Origin: Promethearchaeia archaeon
Lineage (GTDB): Archaea > Asgardarchaeota > Lokiarchaeia > Sigyniarchaeales > SOKP01
NCBI GenBank assembly: GCA_049671145.1
Contig: JBATUM010000088.1
Span: 13,801 to 77,800 of the forward strand
DNA: 64,000 bases
Direction of reading: 5' to 3'
Made by a program: the position numbers and the translations under genes. Each line of letters opens with the position of its first letter. Positions within the stretch are counted from its first letter, which is position 1. Under the pieces are notes generated by a model. The model ran no database searches. It was not told the DNA's origin and worked only from the letters and a program-made list of their open reading frames with translations. Positions 52,842 through 61,643 of this stretch are shown here, piece after piece.

Positions 52842-53744
52842 ATGCCAATTGGCAGTTTTGTGATATTATTACCATTAGATGCAGATTATAAAATTTCTGG
52901 ATATTATTTTAAAGAAGGTAAATCAAATTTTGAGGTAACAAGCGATCTCTTTCTTAGATTAAATCTAGATCATACAAAAAACGAATATAATCTGTTAAAA
53001 CTGAAAGATTTCCAAGTTTTTTCATATATTTATAGATTTAAAGGAAAATTAGCTCGAAAGGCTTCAGGGGCAATAATTGGATTATTATTGAATGAAAATG
53101 ATAAGCCAGAGAAGTTTCGTTCATCCCTTAAATTGGGCGCTGAAGCAATAGAAATTATTGGTTTTAATTTAGTAAGCATGCCTCAGGATGATTTTAAATT
53201 AATATTAAGGGATATTTACTTTGAGCATTTCGAGCCATTAATTGACATTTTAAAACCTGACGCGCTAAAGGCAAGTATTATGTCAATCACAAAATTTATG
53301 TTAAGTGGAGAAAAAAACGAAAGAAGAATTGCAACAGAACTTTTAAAAAAAGTAGAAAATGGTGAACATGAAAAAATATCCGAATATTATACTTCAGCTG
53401 AAAATGCCTTAAAATCATTAGATTATGATAAAGCTACAAAATTTTATAACAAGGCAGCAGAACTTGCAGAACAACTTTATATTATTGATATTGCCGAATC
53501 TTTAAATGAAAAAGCAAGTTTTTCAGGGCAAGTACCTGATTTATCAAAACAACGAGATAAAGCTGTACAAGATGCAAGAAATTATCTTCGTAATGAGAAT
53601 TTTCATTCAGCATATATTTCATACAAGAAAGCAAGTGAATTATCTAAAAAATTAGTAGAGTTTGATAAAGAAGAAGAATATCGATTAAAAGCTAAAGCTT
53701 TAGAAGAATTTTACAAAGTAGATGAAGAATACAAAAAAAGTTAA
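52842..53744 (+). CDS. Hypothetical protein: longin/roadblock-like N-domain plus two MIT/TPR-like helical hairpin repeats
   Basis: 300 aa. The N-terminal ~140 aa show a beta-beta-alpha-beta-beta-beta-alpha-alpha-like pattern (GSFVILLPLD..YKISGYYF...FQVFSYIYRF...GAIIGLLLNEN..). The C-terminal half has two A-x3-A-x7-Y-x2-A-x-E-L-type repeats (YYTSAENALKSLDYDKATKFYNKAAELAEQL; AVQDARNYLRNENFHSAYISYKKASELSKKL). The fold assignment is by-eye inference. Confidence 0.4.
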   Translation: MPIGSFVILLPLDADYKISGYYFKEGKSNFEVTSDLFLRLNLDHTKNEYNLLKLKDFQVFSYIYRFKGKLARKASGAIIGLLLNENDKPEKFRSSLKLGAEAIEIIGFNLVSMPQDDFKLILRDIYFEHFEPLIDILKPDALKASIMSITKFMLSGEKNERRIATELLKKVENGEHEKISEYYTSAENALKSLDYDKATKFYNKAAELAEQLYIIDIAESLNEKASFSGQVPDLSKQRDKAVQDARNYLRNENFHSAYISYKKASELSKKLVEFDKEEEYRLKAKALEEFYKVDEEYKKS

Positions 53745-53811
53745 ATAAATTATAGATCTGATTTTATTGAATTTTTCTATCTTGCTAAAGATTTGATAGA
53801 TTTTCAAGATC

Positions 53812-54651
53812 ATGAAAGATTTAAAGAAAAGAGTAATAGGATTAATTACAGATTTTGGTTCTAAAGGCTTACATTATGTAGCAACCATGAAGGCAGTCAT
53901 ATTAAAAATTAATCCTAACGTTCAAATTATTGATATCTACCATAATATCACTCCATTTAATATTTATGAGGCTATTTTTCTAATAAGTACAACATATAAA
54001 TATTTCCCTCAAGGTAGTGTATTTATTATAGTAGTTGATCCAGGAGTTGGAAGTTCTAGAGACATTTTAGCAATAAAATTAGCATCTGATTATTATTTTA
54101 TTGGACCGAATAATGGAATCTTTACTAATGCATTTAAATCAAATGATATTAGTGAGTGTATAAAAATACAGAATGATAAGTATTTTATTAAACCTGTTTC
54201 TAATACCTTTCATGGAAGAGATATAATGGCGCCTGTAGGAGCCTATATCACAAAAAATGTTGAATTAAAGAATTTTGGTCCTAATTTTGATTCAAAAGAT
54301 TTTGCTCCTTACCCTATTGAATTTAAAGTCTCATTAAAAGAAAAACGAATTAAAGGAATTATTCAATATATTGACCAATTTGGAAATGGAATAACAAATA
54401 TCCCAATAGAGGGTAATAAAGTTAAGGGAAGTTCACTAAATTTGGATGATGGAGATTTAATTCAATTTCGATTTAATGATAAAGAGTATAAAGGAACATT
54501 TAATTCATTCTTTAGCTCTCAACCACTAAAGACCCTATTATTTATTAAAGGATCAACAAATTATCTCGAAATCTCAATTAATCAAGGTAATGCAGCAAAA
54601 CAAATTGGTTTTAAGGTGGGAGATACTCTTATATTTAATGTAAAGGAATAG
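53812..54651 (+). CDS. SAM hydroxide adenosyltransferase (DUF62, fluorinase/chlorinase-like SAM hydrolase)
   Basis: 279 aa. IGLITDFGSKGLHYVATMKAVILKINPNVQIIDIYHNITPFNI and FIIVVDPGVGSSR match DUF62 hallmarks (TDFG..D.YVG.MKGVI, VVDPGVG..R). Confidence 0.8.
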   Translation: MKDLKKRVIGLITDFGSKGLHYVATMKAVILKINPNVQIIDIYHNITPFNIYEAIFLISTTYKYFPQGSVFIIVVDPGVGSSRDILAIKLASDYYFIGPNNGIFTNAFKSNDISECIKIQNDKYFIKPVSNTFHGRDIMAPVGAYITKNVELKNFGPNFDSKDFAPYPIEFKVSLKEKRIKGIIQYIDQFGNGITNIPIEGNKVKGSSLNLDDGDLIQFRFNDKEYKGTFNSFFSSQPLKTLLFIKGSTNYLEISINQGNAAKQIGFKVGDTLIFNVKE

Positions 54652-54661
54652 GATCAAATTT

Positions 54662-55807
54662 ATGGAAAAAGAAATTTTAGCTTGCATTGAGAATAAAAAC
54701 ATAAAGTTTCTTCATTCGGGTCAAATTTCAAAATATACCTTTCCTATGGAAAGACATGAAGCACATCAGAAAAAAATTAGTCATATTATTATTAGGTTTT
54801 TTATTGTTAGTATTTCACCGGATAATAAGATTCTATATCTTGTTCAAAAAAGAAATAAAAAAAAGAAAGAATTTCCAGATTATTTTACTGATTCAGCATC
54901 TGGACATGTAATCTACAAAAAAAATTTAAGCCTAAATAATATCAAAGAAAATGCGAAAAGAGAATTAGAAGAAGAATTTGGAATTCCCCCAAAATCAATA
55001 AAAAAAATGAAATTTTATGATTTAAGCGTTGAATCTAATAATAGAACTACAGAGATAGCTTATACATTTATAGGTTTAGTCCAATACAACATAGAATTAA
55101 AACCTAACTCAGAAGAGTTAGAAATTAAAGAAAGTAGATTTTATACAGAAAAAGAATTAAATGATATATTAGAAAATGAAAAATTAATAGATTATTCAAA
55201 AAGAATATGGGAAAAAATTGCTGAATTAGATATTATCAAATATTTTGAATTAAATAATGATTTAAAAAGAAATAAAAAAACAAAAAATGAAATTGCATTA
55301 TTTATTGGAAGATTTCAGCCATTACATCATGGTCATATATATGTCTTTAATTATTTGTTAAAAAATTTTAACTTAATAAAAGTAGGAGTTGGAAGCTCTC
55401 AGCTTTCTCAAACAAAAACAGATCCCTTTACAAGCAAGGAAAGAGTTCGATTTATTCAAGCCGCTTTAGAAAAAAGAGGAATTTCATCTGAACAATATAA
55501 AATTTACGAAATTCCTGATATTTTTAACGCTAAAAAATGGGTTAATCATGTAGTATCAATAGTAGGAAAATTTGATTTAATTTTTTCTAATAGTGAATGG
55601 GTAAGACAACTATTTCAAAACCAAGGATATAAACTTGGAAGAAAGCTAATTATATTTAAGAAGAAATATAATGGCTCTAACATTAGATCTCTAATTAATA
55701 AACAAAGTTATAACTGGAAAAGTTTAGTTCCAAAAGAAGTATTTAATTTAATGACTGAATTTAACGGAATTCAAAGAATCAAACAGTTATACATTAATTA
55801 TGAATAA
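54662..55807 (+). CDS. Bifunctional Nudix hydrolase (N-terminal) / nicotinamide-nucleotide adenylyltransferase (C-terminal)
   Basis: 381 aa. Nudix box SGHVIYKKNLSLNNIKENAKRELEEEFGI in the first half. Archaeal NMNAT motif ALFIGRFQPLHHGHIYVF and a later SNSEWV in the second half. Confidence 0.75.
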   Translation: MEKEILACIENKNIKFLHSGQISKYTFPMERHEAHQKKISHIIIRFFIVSISPDNKILYLVQKRNKKKKEFPDYFTDSASGHVIYKKNLSLNNIKENAKRELEEEFGIPPKSIKKMKFYDLSVESNNRTTEIAYTFIGLVQYNIELKPNSEELEIKESRFYTEKELNDILENEKLIDYSKRIWEKIAELDIIKYFELNNDLKRNKKTKNEIALFIGRFQPLHHGHIYVFNYLLKNFNLIKVGVGSSQLSQTKTDPFTSKERVRFIQAALEKRGISSEQYKIYEIPDIFNAKKWVNHVVSIVGKFDLIFSNSEWVRQLFQNQGYKLGRKLIIFKKKYNGSNIRSLINKQSYNWKSLVPKEVFNLMTEFNGIQRIKQLYINYE

Positions 55808-56879
55808 ATCAAAATATTTAGAAATTGACGGAGCTTTTGGGGAAGGTGGGGGTTCAATTTTACGTTTAAGTGCTGGATTTTCAGTATTGTTCAACCAACC
55901 AGTAAGAATTAAAAATATTAGAGCTAATCGCCCAAAACCTGGTTTAAGGTTGCAACATCTTATCGGTCTACAAACTTTAGCTAATTTGACAGGGAGTGAA
56001 TTGAAAGCTTTGGGTGGTGAATGTAATATTGGTACTCGAGAACTAATATTTAAGCCAGATTTAAATATTCAAGACAAAATAAAAATTAATGTTAACACCG
56101 CAGCTAGCATTGGTCTATTACTTCAGCCAATTCAAATTGCAAGCTTAAATTTTATGAAAACACCACAAATCGAAATTTTTATTAACGGAGGCGGCACATT
56201 TGGTAAGTGGGCACCAAGCTTAAATTATCTAATGAGTGTAACATACCAGATTTTCAAAAAAAGTGGATTAAATATATCAATTGATATAAACAAGTATGGT
56301 TTTTATCCAAAAGGTGGTGCTTTAACTAAATGTACAATTTTTCCACCAAAAGCTACTTTAAAACCACTAAACCTAAAGGAATTAGGGACAATTGATTTAA
56401 TTGAAGGTGATATAATATTGTCAAATCAATTAAGGCGAAGTGGTAGAAATATTGGAGAGAGGATTAAAAAATCAATAAATTTAGAATTAAAAAATCATCT
56501 AAAAATTGAAACAGATATAAAGTATAAATATGTTGATGCCACTAGTCCTGGTGTGGGTCTTTGTCTCTGGGCTCGTTCAGATACAGGAGCTATTATATCC
56601 TCGGGAACTATTTTAGGTGAGAGAAATATCACTTCAGAAAAATTAGGAAAGAATGCTTCAAAAGAAATTTTAAAATATATCAAGAATGATATAACTGTTG
56701 ATAATCATTTAAGTGACCAATTAATACCTCTAATAGCTTATAATAAAGAGCCATCATCTCTTAGGGTGCTTGAAATTACTAACCATACTAAAACTAATTT
56801 AGAATTAATGAACCTCTTTACCCAGAGAAGTTATGAAATTATTAAGGAAAAAAATTCTTACATAATTGAATTAAATTGA
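55800..56879 (+). CDS. rtcA: RNA 3'-terminal phosphate cyclase
   Basis: 359 aa. LEIDGAFGEGGGSILRLSAGFSVLFNQPVRIKNIRANRPKPGLRLQHL; catalytic-His context DNHLSDQLIPL. 8-nt overlap with the upstream gene. Confidence 0.85.
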   Translation: MNKSKYLEIDGAFGEGGGSILRLSAGFSVLFNQPVRIKNIRANRPKPGLRLQHLIGLQTLANLTGSELKALGGECNIGTRELIFKPDLNIQDKIKINVNTAASIGLLLQPIQIASLNFMKTPQIEIFINGGGTFGKWAPSLNYLMSVTYQIFKKSGLNISIDINKYGFYPKGGALTKCTIFPPKATLKPLNLKELGTIDLIEGDIILSNQLRRSGRNIGERIKKSINLELKNHLKIETDIKYKYVDATSPGVGLCLWARSDTGAIISSGTILGERNITSEKLGKNASKEILKYIKNDITVDNHLSDQLIPLIAYNKEPSSLRVLEITNHTKTNLELMNLFTQRSYEIIKEKNSYIIELN

Positions 56880-56918
56880 TGATTAAGGATTTAAAAAAAA
56901 AAAAAAGGTTTTTTGAAG

Positions 56919-58145
56919 TTAAATCGGAATTTTTTCTTGGGCAATAGCAGGTGTTCCAATTCCGAAATAACCTTTTGTTCTAAATGAGGTTGCAAACGAA
57001 GCAAGAGTCCACATACCCAGAAGATTCTCAGGATTATCGAATCTAAGAATGCTTGCATCAGTATAATCATTATAGCTTTCAATAGCTATGCCATTCTTAA
57101 TAGTAAATTTCTTTCGTTGTTCTAATGCATTAATAATTAGTTCCTCAGCTTTTATTTGTCGAGCGATACTATATATAGGATCTAGTAAAAAAACCTTTAA
57201 ATCTTCTGAGACATAAGTATTAGTTCTAACAGCAAATTCCCTCTTTTCAATATAACTAACAGTAACTATATTGGGAGCGGTCTCTAAAGCAATGGCACTT
57301 CCTTTCTTATCACAAACGATATAGTTGAAATAACAAGTAAGACTAGAGGTTATTACTGAAATAAAATCTTTAGCAGTCCGACAAGTTTCAAATGCAATCC
57401 TAGATTTCAATGACGTGGGAACTCCAAATTCAGCGAACTCCCACGATTGAATTAAATTCTGAGTACATGAAACTCTCCTATTTTTACCTATTACTAAAGA
57501 TGATGCACCCATTCTTAATGAGAATACTTCATTTTTTCCAGAGACTTTATGATGTACCCATGCAAAGGTAGGGAAAAACGCAAGGCCAAAATCCATTGTT
57601 TGACCATGTACGATATTCCGCCTTGAATTCTTAACTACAAAACCCGTACATGCCCCAATGTTTTGTTGAGAAATCTGTAAAGGAATTAAAATTCCATAAT
57701 ATACGTCTAAAAAGACATATTGAAGCAATATTTCATAATAAGTCAATCCTGTAGCATCAGCAATTCCCAACATTTCTGTATAGTATGGCTCGGGTATTTC
57801 ATATTGAGAAGCAAAATAAAGAATAATTTGAAAATCAAGATTATATGCATCAATAAAATAATCGATTAAATTATCAAATGCAATAATTTGGTAAGCTAAA
57901 TATTGTCCAGTTAAATATCCTAGCGTATAATAGTCTAAGGCTTGAATATATAAGTACTTTTGATTATCTCCTCGCCATTCAGCAAAAGAATAATCTGAAT
58001 CTCGACATGAGGTATCTAAAGATATATCATTATGATCATAATTCCGTATGCTAGTATCTGCTACAGATACGCCTCCAAAAGCAACCCCCATAAGAAAAAT
58101 GATTGTAATGAATAAACCTATAACTTTTTTAGCAGAACTTTTCAT
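56919..58145 (-). CDS. Secreted Ntn-hydrolase, C45 (acyl-CoA:6-APA acyltransferase-like) family
   Basis: 408 aa with an N-terminal signal/anchor. Internal G-C-T site (NIGACTGFVVKNSRRNIVHGQTMDF) typical of autoprocessing Cys-Ntn hydrolases. Confidence 0.5.
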   Translation of the reverse strand: MKSSAKKVIGLFITIIFLMGVAFGGVSVADTSIRNYDHNDISLDTSCRDSDYSFAEWRGDNQKYLYIQALDYYTLGYLTGQYLAYQIIAFDNLIDYFIDAYNLDFQIILYFASQYEIPEPYYTEMLGIADATGLTYYEILLQYVFLDVYYGILIPLQISQQNIGACTGFVVKNSRRNIVHGQTMDFGLAFFPTFAWVHHKVSGKNEVFSLRMGASSLVIGKNRRVSCTQNLIQSWEFAEFGVPTSLKSRIAFETCRTAKDFISVITSSLTCYFNYIVCDKKGSAIALETAPNIVTVSYIEKREFAVRTNTYVSEDLKVFLLDPIYSIARQIKAEELIINALEQRKKFTIKNGIAIESYNDYTDASILRFDNPENLLGMWTLASFATSFRTKGYFGIGTPAIAQEKIPI

Positions 58146-58470
58146 ATAAACCCAACCTAATCTGTTATTAGATTCAAATTATCTCTAAACCTTATTGTAA
58201 AGGTTAAAAGATTTAAAAATAGTATATCTTAAACTATAAAAAATACGCAATTTTTTTCCCTTAAAATATTTAACAGCAAAAATAGTGAAATACTAATATT
58301 ACATTTATTGGAGATTTGAATGCTAAAGAAATGGCAAAAAGAAAAAAACAAAGATTAATAAAACCTTAAACTATTGTATATTTAATACGGGTTCCCTTGG
58401 TCGATTTGCTAAATTCAATAAGAATTGACGAATCGTATACAACCCAGAAATCGTAAAAATATCGTAAAAT

Positions 58471-59364
58471 ATGTCATCGACTACTAGATGTCCGAGATGT
58501 GGGAATGAAGTTCGCGCAGATTTTTTTGTGTGTGCTTTTTGTGGTAAACGTTTAAGAATTGAAAGGATTGAAAATTTTTCATTTTTTAAACGAATTGAAA
58601 CTGAGTGGACTACTCCTGATCGATGGTATACTATCCTTTTATGGTTATTTATAAAACCTAACAAAGCATTTTGGAGTATTAATCATCGCAGAAAATCAGC
58701 TCCAGGCTATTTTATATTACTATTTAATGCATTACTTTTTGGAGTCATGGGGATAGCATATTTCTCTCATTTCAATATACAGGATATCCCTCCACTAGGA
58801 GTTTTTATTTATAATTTAGTAATCTTTTTAGCTTTCTTCATCTTTGGGTTTGCCTACTTTTTCATTTTTGGATTTATTTTAATATGGTTATTCACAAAGG
58901 GAGCAAACTATGCAGTTGGTTTTTCAGAAAAATTAGAATCCTTTTTTGGGGGGTCAGAAAGAGAAGAATATAGTGAAGCAGAAATGAGTGTATTCAGTAT
59001 TTATAAAGGAGGTACTTTACATCAGCAACAGGCATTTAAATATAAAATGATGTTTTGCTCATTTGCTCCTTTCTTACTAATTAATCTTATTGAAGTTATC
59101 ATTATTTTAGCAGGTTTTCCGACCGTATCCATAAATGTACTAGGTTTATTTAATCCAACTATATTTAGTCAAATTTTTAATTCTTCGACATGGACAGTTT
59201 TACATTTCATTGATGCTATAACAATTGCGGTATGGATTCCAATATTAGTTGCACTTTCTATCAGAGAATTATCAAACTCATCAACAACTCGAGTCTTATT
59301 ATCCTCTCTAATAATAGGGATATTGGTGGCCGTAATTTTCTTTTTTCTGCGCCCAACATTTTGA
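58471..59364 (+). CDS. N-terminal zinc ribbon fused to a 5-6 TM Yip1-like membrane domain
   Basis: 297 aa. RCPRCGNEV....FVCAFCGKRL, then IKPNKAFWSI... followed by multiple TM helices. The Yip1/DUF1282-like assignment is by eye. Confidence 0.45.
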   Translation: MSSTTRCPRCGNEVRADFFVCAFCGKRLRIERIENFSFFKRIETEWTTPDRWYTILLWLFIKPNKAFWSINHRRKSAPGYFILLFNALLFGVMGIAYFSHFNIQDIPPLGVFIYNLVIFLAFFIFGFAYFFIFGFILIWLFTKGANYAVGFSEKLESFFGGSEREEYSEAEMSVFSIYKGGTLHQQQAFKYKMMFCSFAPFLLINLIEVIIILAGFPTVSINVLGLFNPTIFSQIFNSSTWTVLHFIDAITIAVWIPILVALSIRELSNSSTTRVLLSSLIIGILVAVIFFFLRPTF

Positions 59365-59432
59365 GGATAAATTTATTAACTCTAAATCTTCTTCTTATAT
59401 AATTACTAGCAATTAAATCATTAAATAGTTAA

Positions 59433-60083
59433 ATGTCTGAAGAAAAGGATAAAAAATCTATTCTCTATTCCAACATTGAATCAGATCTATATTCAATCAT
59501 TAATACAATACTAAATCTTTATAAAAAATATCAGAATGGAATTTTGAAAGAAAATTTCTTTCAAAAGGCTATTAAGAATAGTATGAATGAGCTTTTAAAA
59601 ATTAATTTCCTATTAAATGAACATAATATAATACTCTCTGAGTTATTGGATAACATGAATTTTACTAAAAGATACTATGAAGCAATTGATATAATAAATA
59701 GCTTGTCGGCTCTAAATTTTCCAGATAGCATTTTAAGTAGTAAGGAATTACCCCAATATAATAAAGTTATAAGCTCTTCCATGCTTGAGCTTCCGGGAGT
59801 CACAGCACAAATTACATCTTCTTTTATAACACTATTGGATGCCTTAAAATTAGATGCCCTAAATAATAAAGAAGTAATCATGAAGTTATTTGAAGATTTA
59901 AAAAAAAATCTAAATAAATTCCCTGGTTTAGAGTTAATTCAAATTAAATTTGAAAATCTTTATAAATATGTTTTAGGTAATTATCAAAAGTTTTCTAAAA
60001 ATAAGAAATTTAGGGATTTAATAGGGGATGATCTATACAAAATATATCAAGAGTTTCAAGATAAATTGAATTTGAAAGGGTAA
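59433..60083 (+). CDS. Vps28-like protein (ESCRT-I subunit homolog)
   Basis: 216 aa versus ~220 aa for eukaryotic Vps28. N-domain LYSIINTILNLYKKY (compare human ELFAVVKTMQALEKAY). C-domain SSFITLLDALKLDALNNKEV...LFEDL (compare SLFITVMDKLRLEIRAMDEIQPDLREL). C-terminal LYKIYQEFQDKL (compare FDLESAYNAFNRFL). The comparison is from memory. Confidence 0.55.
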   Translation: MSEEKDKKSILYSNIESDLYSIINTILNLYKKYQNGILKENFFQKAIKNSMNELLKINFLLNEHNIILSELLDNMNFTKRYYEAIDIINSLSALNFPDSILSSKELPQYNKVISSSMLELPGVTAQITSSFITLLDALKLDALNNKEVIMKLFEDLKKNLNKFPGLELIQIKFENLYKYVLGNYQKFSKNKKFRDLIGDDLYKIYQEFQDKLNLKG

Positions 60084-60175
60084 ATAAAATAATAAAATTA
60101 ATTAACTTGTTATAATTTTATATTATATTAATTTAAAAGTCAATTCTCAATAATAAGAAACGAAAGGGAGCTTAA

Positions 60176-60445
60176 TTGCCACGGCCAGGATTAAGATCGA
60201 AAGCACAAGCAAGAAAGAAATTAAAAACTCCAGGTAATCGGAATGCAACCCATTATTGGAGAAAAAAACCCAGTAAAGCTCACTGTGCGGTTTGTAAAAA
60301 ACCTCTTCAATCAATTCCAAGATTAAGACCATCTGAAATGAAGAAAACAAATCTAACTTCAAGAAGAGCTAATAGAATAGAGAGTGGACGCTATTGTGCT
60401 AAATGTTTACAAATTTTAATTAAAGATGCAATTTGGCATTCATAG
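60176..60445 (+). CDS. rpl34e: Ribosomal protein eL34
   Basis: 89 aa, TTG start. RSKAQARKKLKTPGNR..HYWRKKPSKAHCAVCKKPLQ and GRYCAKCL form the zinc ribbon. Confidence 0.85.
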   Translation: MPRPGLRSKAQARKKLKTPGNRNATHYWRKKPSKAHCAVCKKPLQSIPRLRPSEMKKTNLTSRRANRIESGRYCAKCLQILIKDAIWHS

Positions 60446-60516
60446 GCTTCCTTTTTAAAAATATTGTTTCTTTTCAATTTTAATTCTTAGTTCACATTTT
60501 AAAAAGGTTAATTGAT

Positions 60517-61053
60517 GTGATTCTTTCAATTTCAGGATTTCATGGAACGGGAAAATCTACAATTGGAAAGTTAATTGCTGAATCTCTTGGTATTACCTAT
60601 TATTCTACTGGTGAAGCATTTCGAGAACTCGCAAAAGAGAAAGAGATGACACTAGCAGAATTTACTGAATTCGTTGAGAACCACCCTAACGTAGATCTTG
60701 AATTGGATGAAAAAATCATAGAAATAGCAAAAAAGGATAATATTGTAATAGATAGCCAGCTTAGTGGATTCCTTCTTAAAGATATAGCCGATTTTAAAAT
60801 ACACTTAGTTTGCCCAATTGATATAAGAGTTAAAAGAATGGCAGCAAGAGACCAAACATCGTATAAAACAAAACTAAAAGAAACTGCTTTAAGGGAAAAG
60901 TCAGAGTTGGAACGTTTCAAGAAGCTTTATAATATTGATTTAAATAATATTAAAGAAGTAAATGAAACATTTGATTTGATCATAGATACAGAAAATCTGA
61001 CTATAGAAGAAGTTTTAAAATTAATACTTTTAAAATTGAAAGAATACGATTAA
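60517..61053 (+). CDS. cmk: Cytidylate kinase, archaeal type
   Basis: 178 aa, GTG start. ILSISGFHGTGKSTIGKLIAESLGITYYSTGEAFRELAKEKEMTLAEF. Confidence 0.8.
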   Translation: MILSISGFHGTGKSTIGKLIAESLGITYYSTGEAFRELAKEKEMTLAEFTEFVENHPNVDLELDEKIIEIAKKDNIVIDSQLSGFLLKDIADFKIHLVCPIDIRVKRMAARDQTSYKTKLKETALREKSELERFKKLYNIDLNNIKEVNETFDLIIDTENLTIEEVLKLILLKLKEYD

Positions 61054-61185
61054 GCCTCAAATTACACAAATCATAAAAGATTTATTTTTAGCATAATTTC
61101 TTAATTTACAAAAGAATGTTTATCTTTACTGAGGTCTAAATTCAGTATCGAAAATTGAATTAAAAATAATTTGGTGACGAATTAT

Positions 61186-61455
61186 ATGAGTGTTTACGAT
61201 ATTGGAAGAGTTTGTGTAAAAACTATGGGAAGAGAAGCGGGAAACTACTGTGTTGTAGTAGATATCATTGATAAAAACTATGTCATAATTGATGGTTTGA
61301 ACATCCGAAGAAGAAGGGTTAATTACAAGCATATTGAACCTTTAACGGAGCTTGTTGAAATTAAAAAAGGTGCTAAACATGAAGACGTCGAAGCTGCTAT
61401 TAAAAAAGCTAAATTAGATAAAAAAATGAAAGAGAATGTTCAAATTCCTAAATAA
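61186..61455 (+). CDS. rpl14e: Ribosomal protein eL14
   Basis: KOW-type MSVYDIGRVCVKTMGREAGNYCVVVDIIDKNYVIIDG..IRRRRVNYKHIEP. I prefer the ATG at 61186 over the track TTG at 61171. Confidence 0.8.
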   Translation: MSVYDIGRVCVKTMGREAGNYCVVVDIIDKNYVIIDGLNIRRRRVNYKHIEPLTELVEIKKGAKHEDVEAAIKKAKLDKKMKENVQIPK

Positions 61456-61494
61456 CAAATTATTCTGAAATTTACTAAATAAATTAAATTTTAT

Positions 61495-61608
61495 GCAAGC
61501 GTAGCGTAGCCTGGTAACGCGCTGGCTTGGAGAGGAATAAAAACCAATTTCTACCCCCATTTAGCCAGTGTGGGCAACCACTCGGGGGTTCGAATCCCTC
61601 CGCTTGCG
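61495..61608 (+). tRNA. tRNA-Ser (anticodon GGA at 61529-61531) with a 30-nt intron at 37/38
   Basis: Acceptor GCAAGCG/CGCTTGC. D arm GCGT-AGCCTGGTA-ACGC. Anticodon stem CTGGC/GCCAG. The loop TTGGAG|A is interrupted by 61533-61562. Long variable arm TGTGGGCAACCACTC (class II). T arm GGGGG-TTCGAAT-CCCTC. Discriminator G. Mature length 84 nt. Confidence 0.7.
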
Positions 61609-61609
61609 C

Positions 61610-61616
61610 TTTTTTT
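61610..61616 (+). terminator. T7 tract 2 nt after tRNA-Ser
   Basis: GCGCTTTTTTTATAT; an oligo-T directly follows the tRNA 3' end. Confidence 0.4.
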
Positions 61617-61643
61617 ATATTATTTTTCTCCTTTAATCATAAT

